Shown here in pieces: positions 62,211 to 64,000 of a stretch of 64,000 bases of DNA. Each line of letters starts with the position of its first letter. Position 1 is the stretch's first letter. The notes beneath the pieces were generated by a model, which made no database searches, was not told where the DNA came from, and saw only the letters and a program-made list of their open reading frames with translations. The translations under genes were made by a program, and so were the position numbers. The DNA comes from Octopus vulgaris (lineage: Eukaryota). Location: positions 86,490,001 to 86,554,000 of the forward strand of contig OX597822.1 in NCBI GenBank assembly GCA_951406725.2, written 5' to 3'.

Positions 62211-62358
62211 GTACTTGAAGAACTTGGTGTATTAAATAATATAAAACGCCTAGCTGGTGCAAGTGCTGGGGCAATGGTTGCTGCATTAATCAGTGTTGGC
62301 GTTTCAAGTGATGAGCTCTTGGACTACTTAGGTCAAGACATTGGCAAGTTGATGCTTG
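62211..62358 (+). CDS. Patatin-like phospholipase gene 2, second coding exon (catalytic Ser)
   Basis: ttctag acceptor and G|gtaagt donor; VLEELGVLNNIKRLAGASAGAMVAALISVG.. (GxSxG); in phase with exon 1. Confidence 0.92.
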
Positions 62359-64000
62359 GTAAGTACTACTATAACATTTTAGCAGAATGTGCGGCCATCA
62401 TATTCATAATAGGGATATTGATATACTACTGTTGAGGGGTCTTATCTTGTGGTTACTTGGTGACCCCATTGGTGTTGGTGCCATGTAAGTGGTTTGTTAA
62501 GTGGTTGGCACTAGAAAGGGCCAAAACAAACATAGAACCTGTCCAACCCCTGCCATCATAGAAAAAGGGATGTTAAATAATTATGATCATTTGATGGAAG
62601 ATGCAGCTATCACATGATAATATAGATATTAATATTGTACTGTAATTACTTGGAGAGGGTGTGGCTTTCACATATTAGGGATATCAATATAATACTTTTA
62701 TGGAAGGTGAAGATACTTTATCAAAGTAATGCTATTTGTGTTTGTATCAAACCTTGGTTTTATGAAAGTCTTGATATCACAAGCTAGTGATGGTCGTATT
62801 TGTATGTAGTTTTACGGAGTATTAGGATTTCACAGCATCTTTTTTGGTACAACTCTTCATATCAGTTACACAACAAGCCCACAACTTCAAGTTTCCAATT
62901 CACTTGAAGCTATGATTCAGTGGTAAAGCTTATTGCATAAAACACAAGGGAAAAGTCAGTCATTATCAATAACTGAGAACTAAGATATTATCTGGGATGT
63001 AAAGGATGTCTTCATTCAGTGCTTTGCATGCAAACTCTCTACCAGCCACTCATCAACCAAATTGAATCTGTAGAATCTTGCTGACAAAGCTAAATCACAC
63101 GCTGCTTCCCCTCTTCTGCCTCTATCTTGCACAGTCCTCAAGTATGAAAGTACCTTCAATTACTCAAATTTGATGAGGCAACTGGTTAGCAGTTTCTTAC
63201 AAACAGTTGACCTCCAAAGCCAGCTTCTGTCCTCACCAAATATTTGTCTTTTTAATGAGATTTATTTTAATTTATTGAAACACATAATTATATCTCATTC
63301 CTAAAAAGGGCAAACTCTTCAACCTACCAACTCCCAATATGTCATAGTCACTTGTAGCATCTCAAAGCCGATGGAAATCATTATAACAAGCAATCTCCTT
63401 TAGTCAACCTCATCTCAGTATGTTTGTGACTATGAACAAGACTGATTTTCACAATTATATATAGTCATTAGAGTAGTTATGTTTATTTTGCTTTCTGATC
63501 CAATTCTTTCATAATCTACTGCTGCCTCTGCACAGAGGAATGAGGTTGGGTTTTCTGTAATGTCACATGACACAGGTAACCAATCAAATGCTTAGCAGTT
63601 ACCTGAAAATATGAGCTGTAGCTCTTCTACTTCTATATTAAGTCTTTAGATATAGGTGCCGTTTTAAAAATATAGTTAGAGACTTGTTGAGGAAGATATG
63701 ACTGCTACATTTAAATGAAAGCAACTATGTTCCCTGTATGCATATAATGTAATAGTTATGGTTCAGAGGCTAGGATGCTGGATTAGAAGACATTTGATTC
63801 TAACTCTTATATTTCTAAGTTCAATTCCTACTGAGACTAAATTATAATTTTAATGCTACTTTGTTCAATAAAAAAGGTACCAGTTATATATTAGGATAAT
63901 GTAAATTATTTACTACACTTTACCACTTTTTATGAAAATGAGCATACGCCAAACAAAGAATCTACAACAAATATGTTTGATGATTAAATTTCTAGAGAAG

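Overview
AT-rich, repeat-dense animal DNA. The SINE families, RTE (ATG)n tails and (TA)n load suggest a coleoid cephalopod such as Octopus, which is an inference. The window holds two tandem + strand patatin-like phospholipase genes. Gene 1 is represented by its last six coding exons (2444-19334, including an EF-hand). Gene 2 is represented by its first two coding exons (58055-62358: MGNVTKCC N-terminus, EGGGNKG, GASAG). The main structure is a very young, ~8.9 kb Penelope-like element (PLE) complex at 46267-55134. It has one intact 895-aa RT + GIY-YIG ORF, a tandem 5'-truncated copy 3626 bp away and an inverted third copy that forms a ~5.4 kb palindrome. Each copy carries an intact-looking type I hammerhead ribozyme with an unusually long stem II. 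The complex landed in the internal (TA)n of a SINE, split it, and is followed by an inverted duplication of the flank. Older PLE relics with decayed hammerheads are scattered through the window. Also present are a three-level nest (RTE in hAT in CRE-like), Helitrons, MITEs, SINEs, intronic palindromes and a CpG-retaining region that may be the promoter of gene 2. All calls come from reading the sequence; no searches or folding programs were run.
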